Origin: a virus
DNA: 46,577 nucleotides
Reading direction: 5' to 3' (one strand)
Virus record (IMG/VR): IMGVR_UViG_3300032144_000020
Coordinates: 1-46,577 of that record
The notes below the pieces were generated by a model. It ran no database searches. It saw only the letters and a list, made by a program, of their open reading frames with translations, and was not told the origin of the DNA. Positions 25,888 to 33,429 of this stretch are shown in pieces. Position 1 is the first letter of the stretch, and each line of letters starts with the position of its first letter. The position numbers and the translations under genes were made by a program.

Positions 25888-27443
25888 TGCCGGCGGTACT
25901 TCCCGCGCCGCTCTTCCTCGCGGCGCTTCTCGCGGCGGTGCCGCGCCCACTCGTCTCCGTACGTCTCCGCCGAGGCCTTCGTCGTGTCCACGAGGTCGCG
26001 CCCGAAGCCTCGGGCGAAGTTCAGGACCTCATCGTACCGGGCCGCGTCGAGGGCGTGGTCGGCGCACTTGTCGTCGGGGATCCCCTCGGGGCGGTCTTGT
26101 CCCTGGCGCACCAGGAAGCTCCAGGACTCGACCTCCTCCTCGTAGCAGGTCGGCTGCCCCTGGCGGCGCAGCTCCTCGTCCAGGCCCTCCGGGAAGGCGT
26201 CCTTGAGGAGATAGGTGCGCTGGTGGCCGGAGGGGGAGCCCAGGCCCTGGCGCATGAGGTCGATCTGGGAGCCCTTGGTGCGGTCGCGCTGGTGGCCGCC
26301 GCCGATAGGGGGGCACTTCACGGCGATGGCGCCCGACGTCGAGGCGAACTTCCGGAGCTTCAGGTTGAAGTAGCGGATGGCCTCGGGGTTCGAGCCGTCG
26401 CAGGAGAAGTACTTCACCCCGTACTTCCCGGCCCAGGCCTCAGCGAGTTCGCCCCACTCCTCGCGCTGCCACTTGAGTTTGACGACCTCGGCCACGCGGA
26501 AGCGGCGGATCTTCTCGTGCCAGCGCGGGCTGTCGTAGGCCCAGAGGGACATGGCGCCCGGGTCCGGAGACCACCCCCAGTCGACGCCGGCCGTGAAGTA
26601 GAAGACGCGGATCGGGTTCTCGACCCCTGGCAGCGTGATGAGCCATCCGCGCTGCTCGTCGTACTCCATCGACCCGGCGACGACGTGCTTCTCCGGGTCC
26701 CAGTTCTCCAGGATCAGGTTGTCCGCTGCGGCCCACTGGCCGAGGTAGAAGCGCTTGTAGCGGACCCCGGTCAGCGTCGCCTTGAGGCCCTCGACGTACT
26801 CGAAGCCCTCTTTCGTCCAGGTGCCGTTCGGGTAGTCGCCGTCGTAGAAGAGCGGGTTGTCGTAGTGCCGGAAGCGGAGGCGGCGGCGGCCTAGCTTCGA
26901 CTTCAGGTTGAAGCGCTTGTTGATCCAGTGGCTTGGGGCCGCTGGGTTCACGTCGGCGATGATCTGGTGGTAGGGCGTCTTGAAGGACGAGAGGCGCGTC
27001 GTGAGCGTCTCCCAGGCGCTCTCCTTGGTCTCCTCGGCCTGGACGACGTAGATCCGGTCCCACTTGGTCGAGAGGATCGGGGAGGCCGTGTCCTGCATCG
27101 ACTCCAGGCCGGCGAAGAAGACCTCTGAGCCGTTGTCGTAGCGGTAGAGGTCCTGGTGGTCGCGGGAGGCGGTCTTGGAGACCGCGGGGTGGCCGGTCCA
27201 CAGGATCTCGTCGCGCCAGTCCTTCAGGATCGACTCGTTGAGGGATTTGCGCGTCTGGCGAGTGACGAGTTGGCGGGAGCCGTTGAAGCCGCGGGCGCAG
27301 GCGTCGATCTTGAAGAGGAGCGACCAGGACTTCGCGGAGCGCGTAGGACCCTCGCACAGGACCTCACGCTCGCGGCAGAGCATGAGGGTCGCGGCTGGGC
27401 CGCGGAGCACCCTGCGGCGGTCTACGGTCTCCGGCGTGCTCAC
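25884..27443 (-). CDS. terL: Terminase large subunit
   Basis: It has a Walker A-like VLCEGPTRSAKS, the Walker B/catalytic RIYVVQAEE, and the nuclease motifs FTAGVDWGWS and CADHALDAARY. The GTG at 27443 overlaps the upstream stop (GTGA). The track N-extension was rejected. Confidence 0.85.
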   Translation of the reverse strand: MSTPETVDRRRVLRGPAATLMLCREREVLCEGPTRSAKSWSLLFKIDACARGFNGSRQLVTRQTRKSLNESILKDWRDEILWTGHPAVSKTASRDHQDLYRYDNGSEVFFAGLESMQDTASPILSTKWDRIYVVQAEETKESAWETLTTRLSSFKTPYHQIIADVNPAAPSHWINKRFNLKSKLGRRRLRFRHYDNPLFYDGDYPNGTWTKEGFEYVEGLKATLTGVRYKRFYLGQWAAADNLILENWDPEKHVVAGSMEYDEQRGWLITLPGVENPIRVFYFTAGVDWGWSPDPGAMSLWAYDSPRWHEKIRRFRVAEVVKLKWQREEWGELAEAWAGKYGVKYFSCDGSNPEAIRYFNLKLRKFASTSGAIAVKCPPIGGGHQRDRTKGSQIDLMRQGLGSPSGHQRTYLLKDAFPEGLDEELRRQGQPTCYEEEVESWSFLVRQGQDRPEGIPDDKCADHALDAARYDEVLNFARGFGRDLVDTTKASAETYGDEWARHRREKRREEERRGKYRRQ

Positions 27444-27718
27444 TCGGCCACCTTCGGTCCGCCCCAGCATTCGTCTGAGACGATCTGATATCGGATGTGG
27501 CCGATCATCCGCTCGCGCTCGTCGCGCCGCGTCCATCTGGAGAGCCACTGCCACCACATGTCTGGCATGTCCGGAGGATCGCCGGCCAAGATCTCGAACC
27601 TGTGCCCGCACGGCCGCAGTTCGTCCGATGGGTCCGCTGGCCTGTACCACGAGACGGCCGCGCAGACGCGGCAGGCGCTCGGGTAGGCTCCGATCTCCCA
27701 GGGCTCCGGCGTGCTCAC
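27440..27718 (-). CDS. Small Cys/His (zinc-ribbon-like) protein, 92 aa
   Basis: GTG 27718 begins VSTPEPWEIGAYPSACRVCAAVSWYRPADPSDELRPCGH, a CxxC...CxH pattern. The first 15 nt of the gene are identical to the first 15 nt of terL. Confidence 0.5.
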   Translation of the reverse strand: MSTPEPWEIGAYPSACRVCAAVSWYRPADPSDELRPCGHRFEILAGDPPDMPDMWWQWLSRWTRRDERERMIGHIRYQIVSDECWGGPKVAE

Positions 27719-27722
27719 TCGA

Positions 27723-27899
27723 CTAGCGCTTCGACTTCCGCTTGCTGCGCGCCTTCGGCTTCGCCTGGCGGGCGACGTTGGCCTGGACTTGCAGGACGCC
27801 TCCGTACCAGGCCGGGCGCCAGTTGGGCGCAAACTTCAACTGCTTCAGGGGGATGTCGGTCTCCAGCTCCAAGATCACGAAAACACGTCTGGGTTTCAT
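27723..27899 (-). CDS. Hypothetical basic protein, 58 aa
   Basis: ATG 27899 overlaps the upstream stop (ATGA). The protein is MKPRRVFVILELETD...KPKARSKRKSKR. Confidence 0.5.
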   Translation of the reverse strand: MKPRRVFVILELETDIPLKQLKFAPNWRPAWYGGVLQVQANVARQAKPKARSKRKSKR

Positions 27900-28294
27900 G
27901 CTTTGCCTTTCGTCGTCTTCGGGTAGAGGTCGTGCGGGCCGTCCCAGTCGGAGACGTCCAGCCACAGGCGGGAGCGGCGCTCCTGGGTGCGGACGAACCA
28001 GAGGAGCTTCCGGCCCACTTTCTTGCGCCGCCACTCCCAGATGTCGATGGGGACCTTCAGGGCGTCCAGGCGGCCTATGTGGGCGCTCTCGTTGATCGTG
28101 TCGCGGTGCTCCTTCAGCGTGCCGTAGGAGCAGTTCTGTATGAGCCTGAGGCCGTAGGTACACAGGGCCACCGTGTCGCCCACCCCGAACAGGTCGTGGC
28201 GCACCTTGCCGCGCCAGCTCTGGACCGTCTCGCTCGGGATGCCCTGCTGCGCCAGGAGGCGGGCGGTGAGGGCGTTGCTTGAAAAGCGAGTCAC
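27896..28294 (-). CDS. First late-arm ORF, 132 aa, HTH-like N-terminus (small-terminase candidate by position only)
   Basis: The open frame contains no ATG. GTG 28294 is the first start after the terminator. LTARLLAQQGIPSETVQSW looks like an HTH. Both start and function are uncertain. Confidence 0.4.
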   Translation of the reverse strand: MTRFSSNALTARLLAQQGIPSETVQSWRGKVRHDLFGVGDTVALCTYGLRLIQNCSYGTLKEHRDTINESAHIGRLDALKVPIDIWEWRRKKVGRKLLWFVRTQERRSRLWLDVSDWDGPHDLYPKTTKGKA

Positions 28295-28336
28295 GCGGCG
28301 TCGTCGTCTCGTGGAGGATGAGACAACGGGAGGCGG

Positions 28337-28375
28337 AAAAAAACAAGGCCCGGGGGGTCTGAACTCCCGGGCCTT
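28337..28375 (-). terminator. Intrinsic terminator on the minus strand
   Basis: The minus sense reads AAGGCCCGGG-agttcagaccc-CCCGGGCCTT followed by GTTTTTTTCC. This is a 10-bp GC stem, an 11-nt loop and a run of 7 U. There is no U-run on the plus sense. Confidence 0.75.
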
Positions 28376-28793
28376 GCAACGGTCACCCTGTGCGGGGTAG
28401 ACCGATCTCGTGCAAACAGCTTGCGCCAGTGTACGCCAGCTTGAGACGGCGTGCAGCGGGTTTCTTCGGGGACGCCGCGTAGACTCCCCGTCAGTCCGTG
28501 AGGGGCAGGTAGCTGTCCGCCCCTCGACCGCGAATAGGGTCCTGGTTGAAAGGCCGACAGCCGACGCCCGCCGATCTGTGGGCGCCACCAGGCATCCGAG
28601 GACCGCGGGCTAGAAATACCTCGGAGGGAATAACTCCTGGTCCACCCCTGCTGGCGAGCATGGGGGGTAGGGGGGTCTGAGCCACGGTTCCGTAGAGGCA
28701 CAGGACATTTTCTCCTACACAGGCATGTAAATACTGCGTACTGAGTCAGGGCGAGTCACCCGCTGGCCTTTGTCTCATGGTACGGTTGGGCTC
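28376..28793. promoter_or_regulatory. ORF-poor divergent control region; candidate minus-strand leader/ncRNA (about 300-350 nt) plus early and late promoters
   Basis: This is the only long stretch without a convincing ORF. The track ORFs here are Arg/Pro/Ser rich with low third-position GC. An AT-richer patch at 28700..28760 contains TAAATA/TATTTA and two GAGTCA copies. Several GC hairpins are present. The 11-mer ggggggtctga occurs at 28352 and 28670. Confidence 0.5.
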
Positions 28794-28922
28794 ATGAAGA
28801 AGCCCGCCGAAGAGGAGCATGAGGGGGCCGAGGCAATCCTGGGTGGAATGGCCATCCTTGCTCTCGCTGGCCTTCTGACAGCACTGTGGCTCGGCGTCTT
28901 CTGGATCTGGAAGCACGTCTAG
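28794..28922 (+). CDS. Small membrane protein candidate, 42 aa
   Basis: Hand translation gives MKKPAEEEHEGAEAILGGMAILALAGLLTALWLGVFWIWKHV, with one clear TM helix. It is the first ORF of the plus arm and is below the track size cutoff. Confidence 0.45.
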   Translation: MKKPAEEEHEGAEAILGGMAILALAGLLTALWLGVFWIWKHV

Positions 28923-29371
28923 ACGTGGAGGACAGCATCACCAGAGCTATGCGCCTCGTCGTATCAGACGACCGCCGAGCCCCCGACGACGAAGCCGCTG
29001 TCGCTGCCCACTGGCGGAAAGAGTTCGCCCAGGTCAACGGAGAGCGCCTCGTCGATGCGGTCGCAACCTGGCTCCGGGAGAACCCTCGCGGGAGACCCAA
29101 CGTCGGGAAGCTCTGGGAGATCCTCAACAGATCGACGACGACGCCGCAGACGAAGAGCGAGGCTCAGCGAGACGCCTACCGCCGCATGGAGCTTGCCTGG
29201 GCGGTCTCTGTACTGGAGGACGCCAGGCGCTACGAGCACCCCGTCTACAAGCACACCCTCGCCTACGCCGAGAAGTGTCTCCGGTACGCCGGCTACTCGG
29301 ACTGGACGAAGGCGAAGAGTTTCCTGGAGCCCGGGTGGGTTCCTTCAACTGTGAACGAGGTCATGCTGTGA
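28886..29371 (+). CDS. Hypothetical early protein (start uncertain: GTG 28886, GTG 28925 or ATG 28949)
   Basis: Track ORF with a natural composition from about 28950 onward. GTG 28925 lies 3 nt after the stop of the 42-aa ORF. Confidence 0.5.
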   Translation: MARRLLDLEARLDVEDSITRAMRLVVSDDRRAPDDEAAVAAHWRKEFAQVNGERLVDAVATWLRENPRGRPNVGKLWEILNRSTTTPQTKSEAQRDAYRRMELAWAVSVLEDARRYEHPVYKHTLAYAEKCLRYAGYSDWTKAKSFLEPGWVPSTVNEVML

Positions 29372-29601
29372 GAGTGAAGAAGACCAAGGCTACCCCCGAG
29401 GAGTTCGTGACGATCTGGCAACAGGCGTCGTCGCTGGACGAGGTAGTGGCCCTCTGTGGGCAGACCCGAGCAGAGGCCTGCACGCGCGCCTTCATGATGC
29501 GCCAGAACGGTGTACCCCTGAAGAAGTTCGGGAACCGCGGGATCAGCCACAACTACCCCGCGCTGGCGAAGCTGGCGCGCAGCCTGGGGGCCTCCAAGTG
29601 A
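29368..29601 (+). CDS. HTH DNA-binding protein, 77 aa (paralog of 37377..37625)
   Basis: TPEEFVTIWQQASSLDEVVALCGQTRAEACTRAFMMRQNGVPLKKF shares EEFV..WQ....G.....R......R..GVPLKK with the 82-aa minus-strand ORF. It has a GTGA overlap start. Confidence 0.6.
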   Translation: MRVKKTKATPEEFVTIWQQASSLDEVVALCGQTRAEACTRAFMMRQNGVPLKKFGNRGISHNYPALAKLARSLGASK

Positions 29602-29849
29602 TCGAATCGAACGAACAGACGACGACGCCCAGAAAGCGGCGCAGTCGCGAGGAAGTGCGCGCCGACCTCCAGGCCCGCCTCAAGGACATCGAGGCCCAGG
29701 AAAAGGCCGAGGTGGTGCGAGAGCTCGCCCATGCCCACGACGCTGTCTCCGCCCTCGTGGAGAACAAGGCCATCCCCCAGATCAAGGCGGCGCTCGTCGA
29801 GATCGTCGGGAAGTTGAAGGCGGTCCTCGGGACGGCGGAGAAGGCGTGA
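29598..29849 (+). CDS. Hypothetical coiled-coil protein, 83 aa
   Basis: GTGA overlap start. The composition is helical and charged. Confidence 0.5.
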   Translation: MIESNEQTTTPRKRRSREEVRADLQARLKDIEAQEKAEVVRELAHAHDAVSALVENKAIPQIKAALVEIVGKLKAVLGTAEKA

Positions 29850-30616
29850 CTCCGGATACCAGATACCACGTAGACACGGCCATCGGGGCCGCCTGCCTAG
29901 CGGCTGCGGTCTCAGTGGTCCTCTGGATTGTCTGGCCGGTCAAAGAACAAGAGCGACCGGAGGTCGGTCGTAACGCAGGGGACATGGGATGCGCTGCGGT
30001 CCTGCCTCCTCCCCTCACACAGGCAGACGGCCCTAGTCGGGAAGTGATTGGCCTCCTTCCGACTCATGGTGAACCCGACGAGGGCTACGCGACCGACCTC
30101 CCCTTCTACTCCTCCTCGGACGAGGACCTGATCTCGCGCGTCATGGTGAGCGCCGAGGGCAGGGGGGCCACGTTCGAGGAGGAGTTTCTGCCTACCGAGG
30201 CCGGCCTGATAGGCGCCACGATCAGCCAGTGGGAGGATGAGGACTTCCAGAAGATGACGCTCCAGGAGGCGAGGCAATACCTCGGCGGCGATGCCGGGGA
30301 CTACGACCTCACTGGCGACGGACTGCTCCTAGAACGCCTGGGCGGACTCCCGACGCGCGACGAGGCCGGCCGCGCCTACGAGACATCACGCAAGGTCCGC
30401 CAGGCCCTCCTCGCATTCTACGCGGCCGAGGTGATCGTCATGGAACTCCAGTGGCGACCCGACGCCGACCTTCGCCCGGAGGTGTCGAGCATGGTGGACC
30501 GCTGGATCTCGCTCCGCGACGTGCGCGAGGACGTGCTCTGCGCCACGCTGGAGGAGAAGACCGGCTACAAACACTGGCGCCTACTGGCTCGCCTGTGGCG
30601 GGCGTACGAGCGCTAG
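29846..30616 (+). CDS. Membrane-anchored hypothetical protein, 256 aa
   Basis: GTGA overlap start. It has the N-terminal TM helix AIGAACLAAAVSVVLWIVWPV followed by an acidic domain. Confidence 0.55.
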   Translation: MTPDTRYHVDTAIGAACLAAAVSVVLWIVWPVKEQERPEVGRNAGDMGCAAVLPPPLTQADGPSREVIGLLPTHGEPDEGYATDLPFYSSSDEDLISRVMVSAEGRGATFEEEFLPTEAGLIGATISQWEDEDFQKMTLQEARQYLGGDAGDYDLTGDGLLLERLGGLPTRDEAGRAYETSRKVRQALLAFYAAEVIVMELQWRPDADLRPEVSSMVDRWISLRDVREDVLCATLEEKTGYKHWRLLARLWRAYER

Positions 30617-30634
30617 CCAACCGGAGGGATACCC

Positions 30635-31087
30635 ATGAAGTTCCTGCATGTCTTCCTCGCCATCTCGATCCTCTCTAGCGCCGCGCTGGCGCAGGAGGCA
30701 TCGGACGGGTCCTACTGGACCGGGGGCGGGGAGACCGTGAAGCTCGAAGTCCACGCAGTTCCCGGAGACGTCCGCACCAACGTCGTCTCGGGCGGAGGGT
30801 TTTCGTCCGCCGTTGACGCGACTCCTGGCGCCCACTCCAGCGCCAACAACCCCACGGCCTCGTCGTCGGACGTCATGACGACTCCGGCCGGCGAGCACTA
30901 CAAGGTGCGCGGCGGGAAGCTCTGCCGGCAGAACTCCGCCGGCCGCTGGGTGCCGATGCGCAAAGCCAAGCGCTCTTACCGCGGCGCCGACGGCGGTCGC
31001 TCGCACCGACTCCCGCCCGGCGGCGGCTACCCCTGGCTCCCGTGGGCCGGCGGGGAAGAGGTCGGGAGTCTCCCGACGCCGCACTAG
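30635..31087 (+). CDS. Secreted protein, 150 aa
   Basis: GGAGGG lies 6 nt upstream of the ATG. MKFLHVFLAISILSSAALAQEA is a signal peptide. Confidence 0.6.
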   Translation: MKFLHVFLAISILSSAALAQEASDGSYWTGGGETVKLEVHAVPGDVRTNVVSGGGFSSAVDATPGAHSSANNPTASSSDVMTTPAGEHYKVRGGKLCRQNSAGRWVPMRKAKRSYRGADGGRSHRLPPGGGYPWLPWAGGEEVGSLPTPH

Positions 31088-31105
31088 AGGGGTACGTTTC
31101 AGGCA

Positions 31106-31417
31106 ATGTGCGGCTGTGTACGCCGCGCAGCCGTGGGCGAGCACTGGGGAGTGTCCCGCCCACGGCACACCATTCACCAGATGATCGACACCATGAAAGC
31201 CCAGCGGAAAGATCACGCCATGACACTCCGGATCGTCAAGGCAGCCCTGCGCCAGCCGCGAGACGTAGCGCAGATAGCGGCCGTCACAGGACTCAAGAAG
31301 CATCGCGTATACGACGCCATAGAGCGCATGCGGAAGGAAGGGCTCGTGGAGCCCGCCGAGTCGCTCGTGACCATGAGGACGTATCGGGCCTGGAGGCTCA
31401 AGGAGGCCGCGCTGTGA
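31106..31417 (+). CDS. Winged-helix (MarR-like) DNA-binding protein
   Basis: LRIVKAALRQPRDVAQIAAVTGLKKHRVYDAIERMRKEGLVE supports the call. The true start is probably ATG 31181 or ATG 31193. Confidence 0.55.
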   Translation: MCGCVRRAAVGEHWGVSRPRHTIHQMIDTMKAQRKDHAMTLRIVKAALRQPRDVAQIAAVTGLKKHRVYDAIERMRKEGLVEPAESLVTMRTYRAWRLKEAAL

Positions 31418-32883
31418 AGTACAAGAAGATCACGAAGCTCACGCCAGAGCAGACCGCCAAACTCGCCGTCTACCGGGACGAGTGGATCGATATTGCGCTC
31501 TCGACCGGGCGGATGACGGACGAGGAGCGCGAGCGCTGCATTGCGGCGGCGCGCGGCCTATACGCCGCGGCTAGCCTGCCGCAGCCCAAGGCCATCGTCG
31601 TCGTGCCTAGTCCGCTAGTGATGGCGCTGGCGGGCGGCGCGGCAGAGCAGTGGTGGCGCGACCGAGCTAGCGGAGCCGCCACGTACGCCGCCACGTACGC
31701 CGCCACGGACGCCGCCACGCGCGCCGCCACGCGCGCCGCCACGTACGCCGCCACGCGCGCCGCCACGGACGCCGCCACGTACGCCGCCACGTACGCCGCC
31801 ACGGACGCCGCCACGGACGCCGCCACGGCCGCCGCCACGGACGCCGCCACGCGCGCCGCCACGTACGCCGCCACGGACGCCGCCACGGACGCCGCCACGC
31901 GCGCCGCCACGTACGCCGCCACGGACGCCGCCACGTACGCCGCCACGGACGCCGCCACAGACGCCGCCACGCGCGCCGCCACGGAAGCCGCCACGCGCGC
32001 CGCCACGGAAGCCGCCACGCGCGCCGCCACGTACGCCGCCACGCGCGCCGCCACGCGCGCCGCCACGCGCGCCGCCACGGACGCCGCCACGTACGCCGCC
32101 ACGGACGCCGCCACGGACGCCGCCACGGACGCCGCCACGTACGCCGCCACGTACGCCGCCACGTACGCCGCCACGTACGCCGCCACGGACGCCGCCATGC
32201 GCGCCGCCTTTGCGCTCTCGCGCAACTGGGGCTCGTTCTACCAGGGCGGCAACATGTGGGCTGGCTGGTGCTCGTTTATCGTCTTCTGGCGTGACGAGAT
32301 GGGCCTTGGCCTGCGCCCAGAACTCCAGGACGCCTACGCGAAGTACGCGCACTGGGAAGCTCTGGCGCGCCTATCCGGATTCCGCTGGATGGGCGAGCAT
32401 GTCTGCATGATCTCTGAGAAGCCCGTACGCCTCATCACGTACACCAACGCGGCCGGCGCGCACGTCCCGCACTGCGACGACGGACCTTCACACCTCTGGG
32501 CGGATGGGTTTGCCGTCTACCACCTGCACGGCGTCCGCGTGCCGGAGTGGGTCGTGATGCAGCCGGAGAGGCTCACGGTCGAGGTCATCGACGCCGAAGA
32601 GAACGCCGAGGTCTCCAGAGTCATGCGCGAGAAGTACGGCGTCGGCAAATACCTCCGCGACACCGGAGCCAAGGTGATCGATGTAGACTACGAGGGCGCT
32701 CGCCGCGGCGCCGCCCCGAGGGCGCTCCTCCAGGATAAGCATGGCGAGCGCTGGCTCGTCGGTACTGACGGGAGCACCTCCCGCGTGTACCACATGCCAG
32801 TTCCGAAGACGGTCAATAACTGCCGCAAGGCCCACGCGTCCATCTGCGGCCTCGACGAATCCAGAATCATCTCCAAGAGCTAG
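31414..32883 (+). CDS. Repeat protein: N-terminal domain + (Ala-Ala-Thr-X)x43 + DUF6745-like C-terminal domain, 489 aa
   Basis: GTGA overlap start. The N-terminus [24 protein letters not shown]...[11 protein letters not shown] and the C-terminus WAGWCSF..., [23 protein letters not shown] and NAEVSRVM recall a bacterial family I remember as DUF6745. That family assignment is unverified. Confidence 0.7.
   Translation: MKYKKITKLTPEQTAKLAVYRDEWIDIALSTGRMTDEERERCIAAARGLYAAASLPQPKAIVVVPSPLVMALAGGAAEQWWRDRASGAATYAATYAATDAATRAATRAATYAATRAATDAATYAATYAATDAATDAATAAATDAATRAATYAATDAATDAATRAATYAATDAATYAATDAATDAATRAATEAATRAATEAATRAATYAATRAATRAATRAATDAATYAATDAATDAATDAATYAATYAATYAATYAATDAAMRAAFALSRNWGSFYQGGNMWAGWCSFIVFWRDEMGLGLRPELQDAYAKYAHWEALARLSGFRWMGEHVCMISEKPVRLITYTNAAGAHVPHCDDGPSHLWADGFAVYHLHGVRVPEWVVMQPERLTVEVIDAEENAEVSRVMREKYGVGKYLRDTGAKVIDVDYEGARRGAAPRALLQDKHGERWLVGTDGSTSRVYHMPVPKTVNNCRKAHASICGLDESRIISKS
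31675..32202 (+). repeat. In-frame 12-bp tandem array GCCGCCACGNNN x44
   Basis: There are 43 units GCC GCC ACG + (TAC x14, GAC x15, CGC x11, GAA x2, GCC x1), with one ACA synonymous change in unit 24. One degenerate unit (GCCGCCATGCGC) follows. The first nine bases of each unit are otherwise invariant. Confidence 0.95.
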
Positions 32884-32894
32884 GAAGTGACCAC

Positions 32895-33347
32895 ATGACG
32901 AAGACCAAAATCCATCCCGAGAGGACCGCCGAGCAGGTGTTTGCCGAGATCGAGGCCGCCGCATCCAAGGCGTGCCCCGAGCTGCGCGACAACTCCGACA
33001 TCAAGATCGGCGAGGTTATCCACCAGGGAGACGTTTACCTCCATGCCGTCGCTGACACCCACCCGCGCGGAGAACTCCTCGGCACGCGCCAGGTCGCGGT
33101 TGGGAACACCGTGGGCGCGCGGCACATCGTGGAGGGGAATGTGAAGGTCTACGCTGGCGTCAAGTACCCGAACTGGGTGAAGGACCCCGAAGGCTCGCAG
33201 CCGAACGCCATCCTCGGCCCGGTCGTCGTCGTCGAGAGCGAGGCCGTCCTGACCCACCCTGATCACGCGCACCACACGCTCCGCGTGGGCCTCTACCAGG
33301 TGACCTACCAGTACAACCCGCGCACGATGCGCACCGTGCAGGACTGA
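32895..33347 (+). CDS. Conserved phage hypothetical (small beta-barrel, QGDV...H motif family), 150 aa
   Basis: AGGAAG SD. IHQGDVYLHAV...VGARHIVEG...LTHPDHAHHTLRVGLYQVTYQ resembles a recurrent phage family of unknown function (from memory). Confidence 0.5.
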   Translation: MTKTKIHPERTAEQVFAEIEAAASKACPELRDNSDIKIGEVIHQGDVYLHAVADTHPRGELLGTRQVAVGNTVGARHIVEGNVKVYAGVKYPNWVKDPEGSQPNAILGPVVVVESEAVLTHPDHAHHTLRVGLYQVTYQYNPRTMRTVQD

Positions 33348-33429
33348 GGGACTTGGGCCTAGACGAGACTGGCGTGATCGCGCTCCTCAAGCGCATCGGC
33401 GGCTTCGTGCGGCGTGCCGCGGCGGCGAT

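Noticed and set aside
28291-28701. Track ORFs in the control region: 136 aa and 64 aa on the minus strand, 67 aa on the plus strand, and the 230-aa extension of 27896..28588
   Set aside because: Their Arg/Pro/Ser-rich composition and a third-position GC of about 70 percent (hand count for 28410..28613) fall below the gene norm here. They run through the terminator hairpin and have no SD. I treat the region as non-coding.
28345-28800. tRNA, tmRNA or RNase P RNA in the intergenic region
   Set aside because: The hairpin loop AGUUCAGACCC does not fit the T-loop consensus, which requires U-U-C-R-A with A58. I saw no acceptor/CCA context, no tmRNA tag frame and no GGAAAGUCC P4-type core. I cannot exclude an unknown RNA class.
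31675-32202. Possible CRISPR array or other non-coding satellite
   Set aside because: The unit is only 12 bp and has no spacers. The array is in frame inside a 489-aa ORF with flanking domains. No cas genes are present.
31470-32352. Two long minus-strand track ORFs (251 aa VAAYVAAS... and 245 aa [10 protein letters not shown]...) across the repeat array
   Set aside because: They are frame shadows of the 12-bp repeat. Any frame stays open across a GC-rich periodic sequence. Only the plus frame connects to non-repetitive N- and C-terminal domains and has a GTGA-coupled start.
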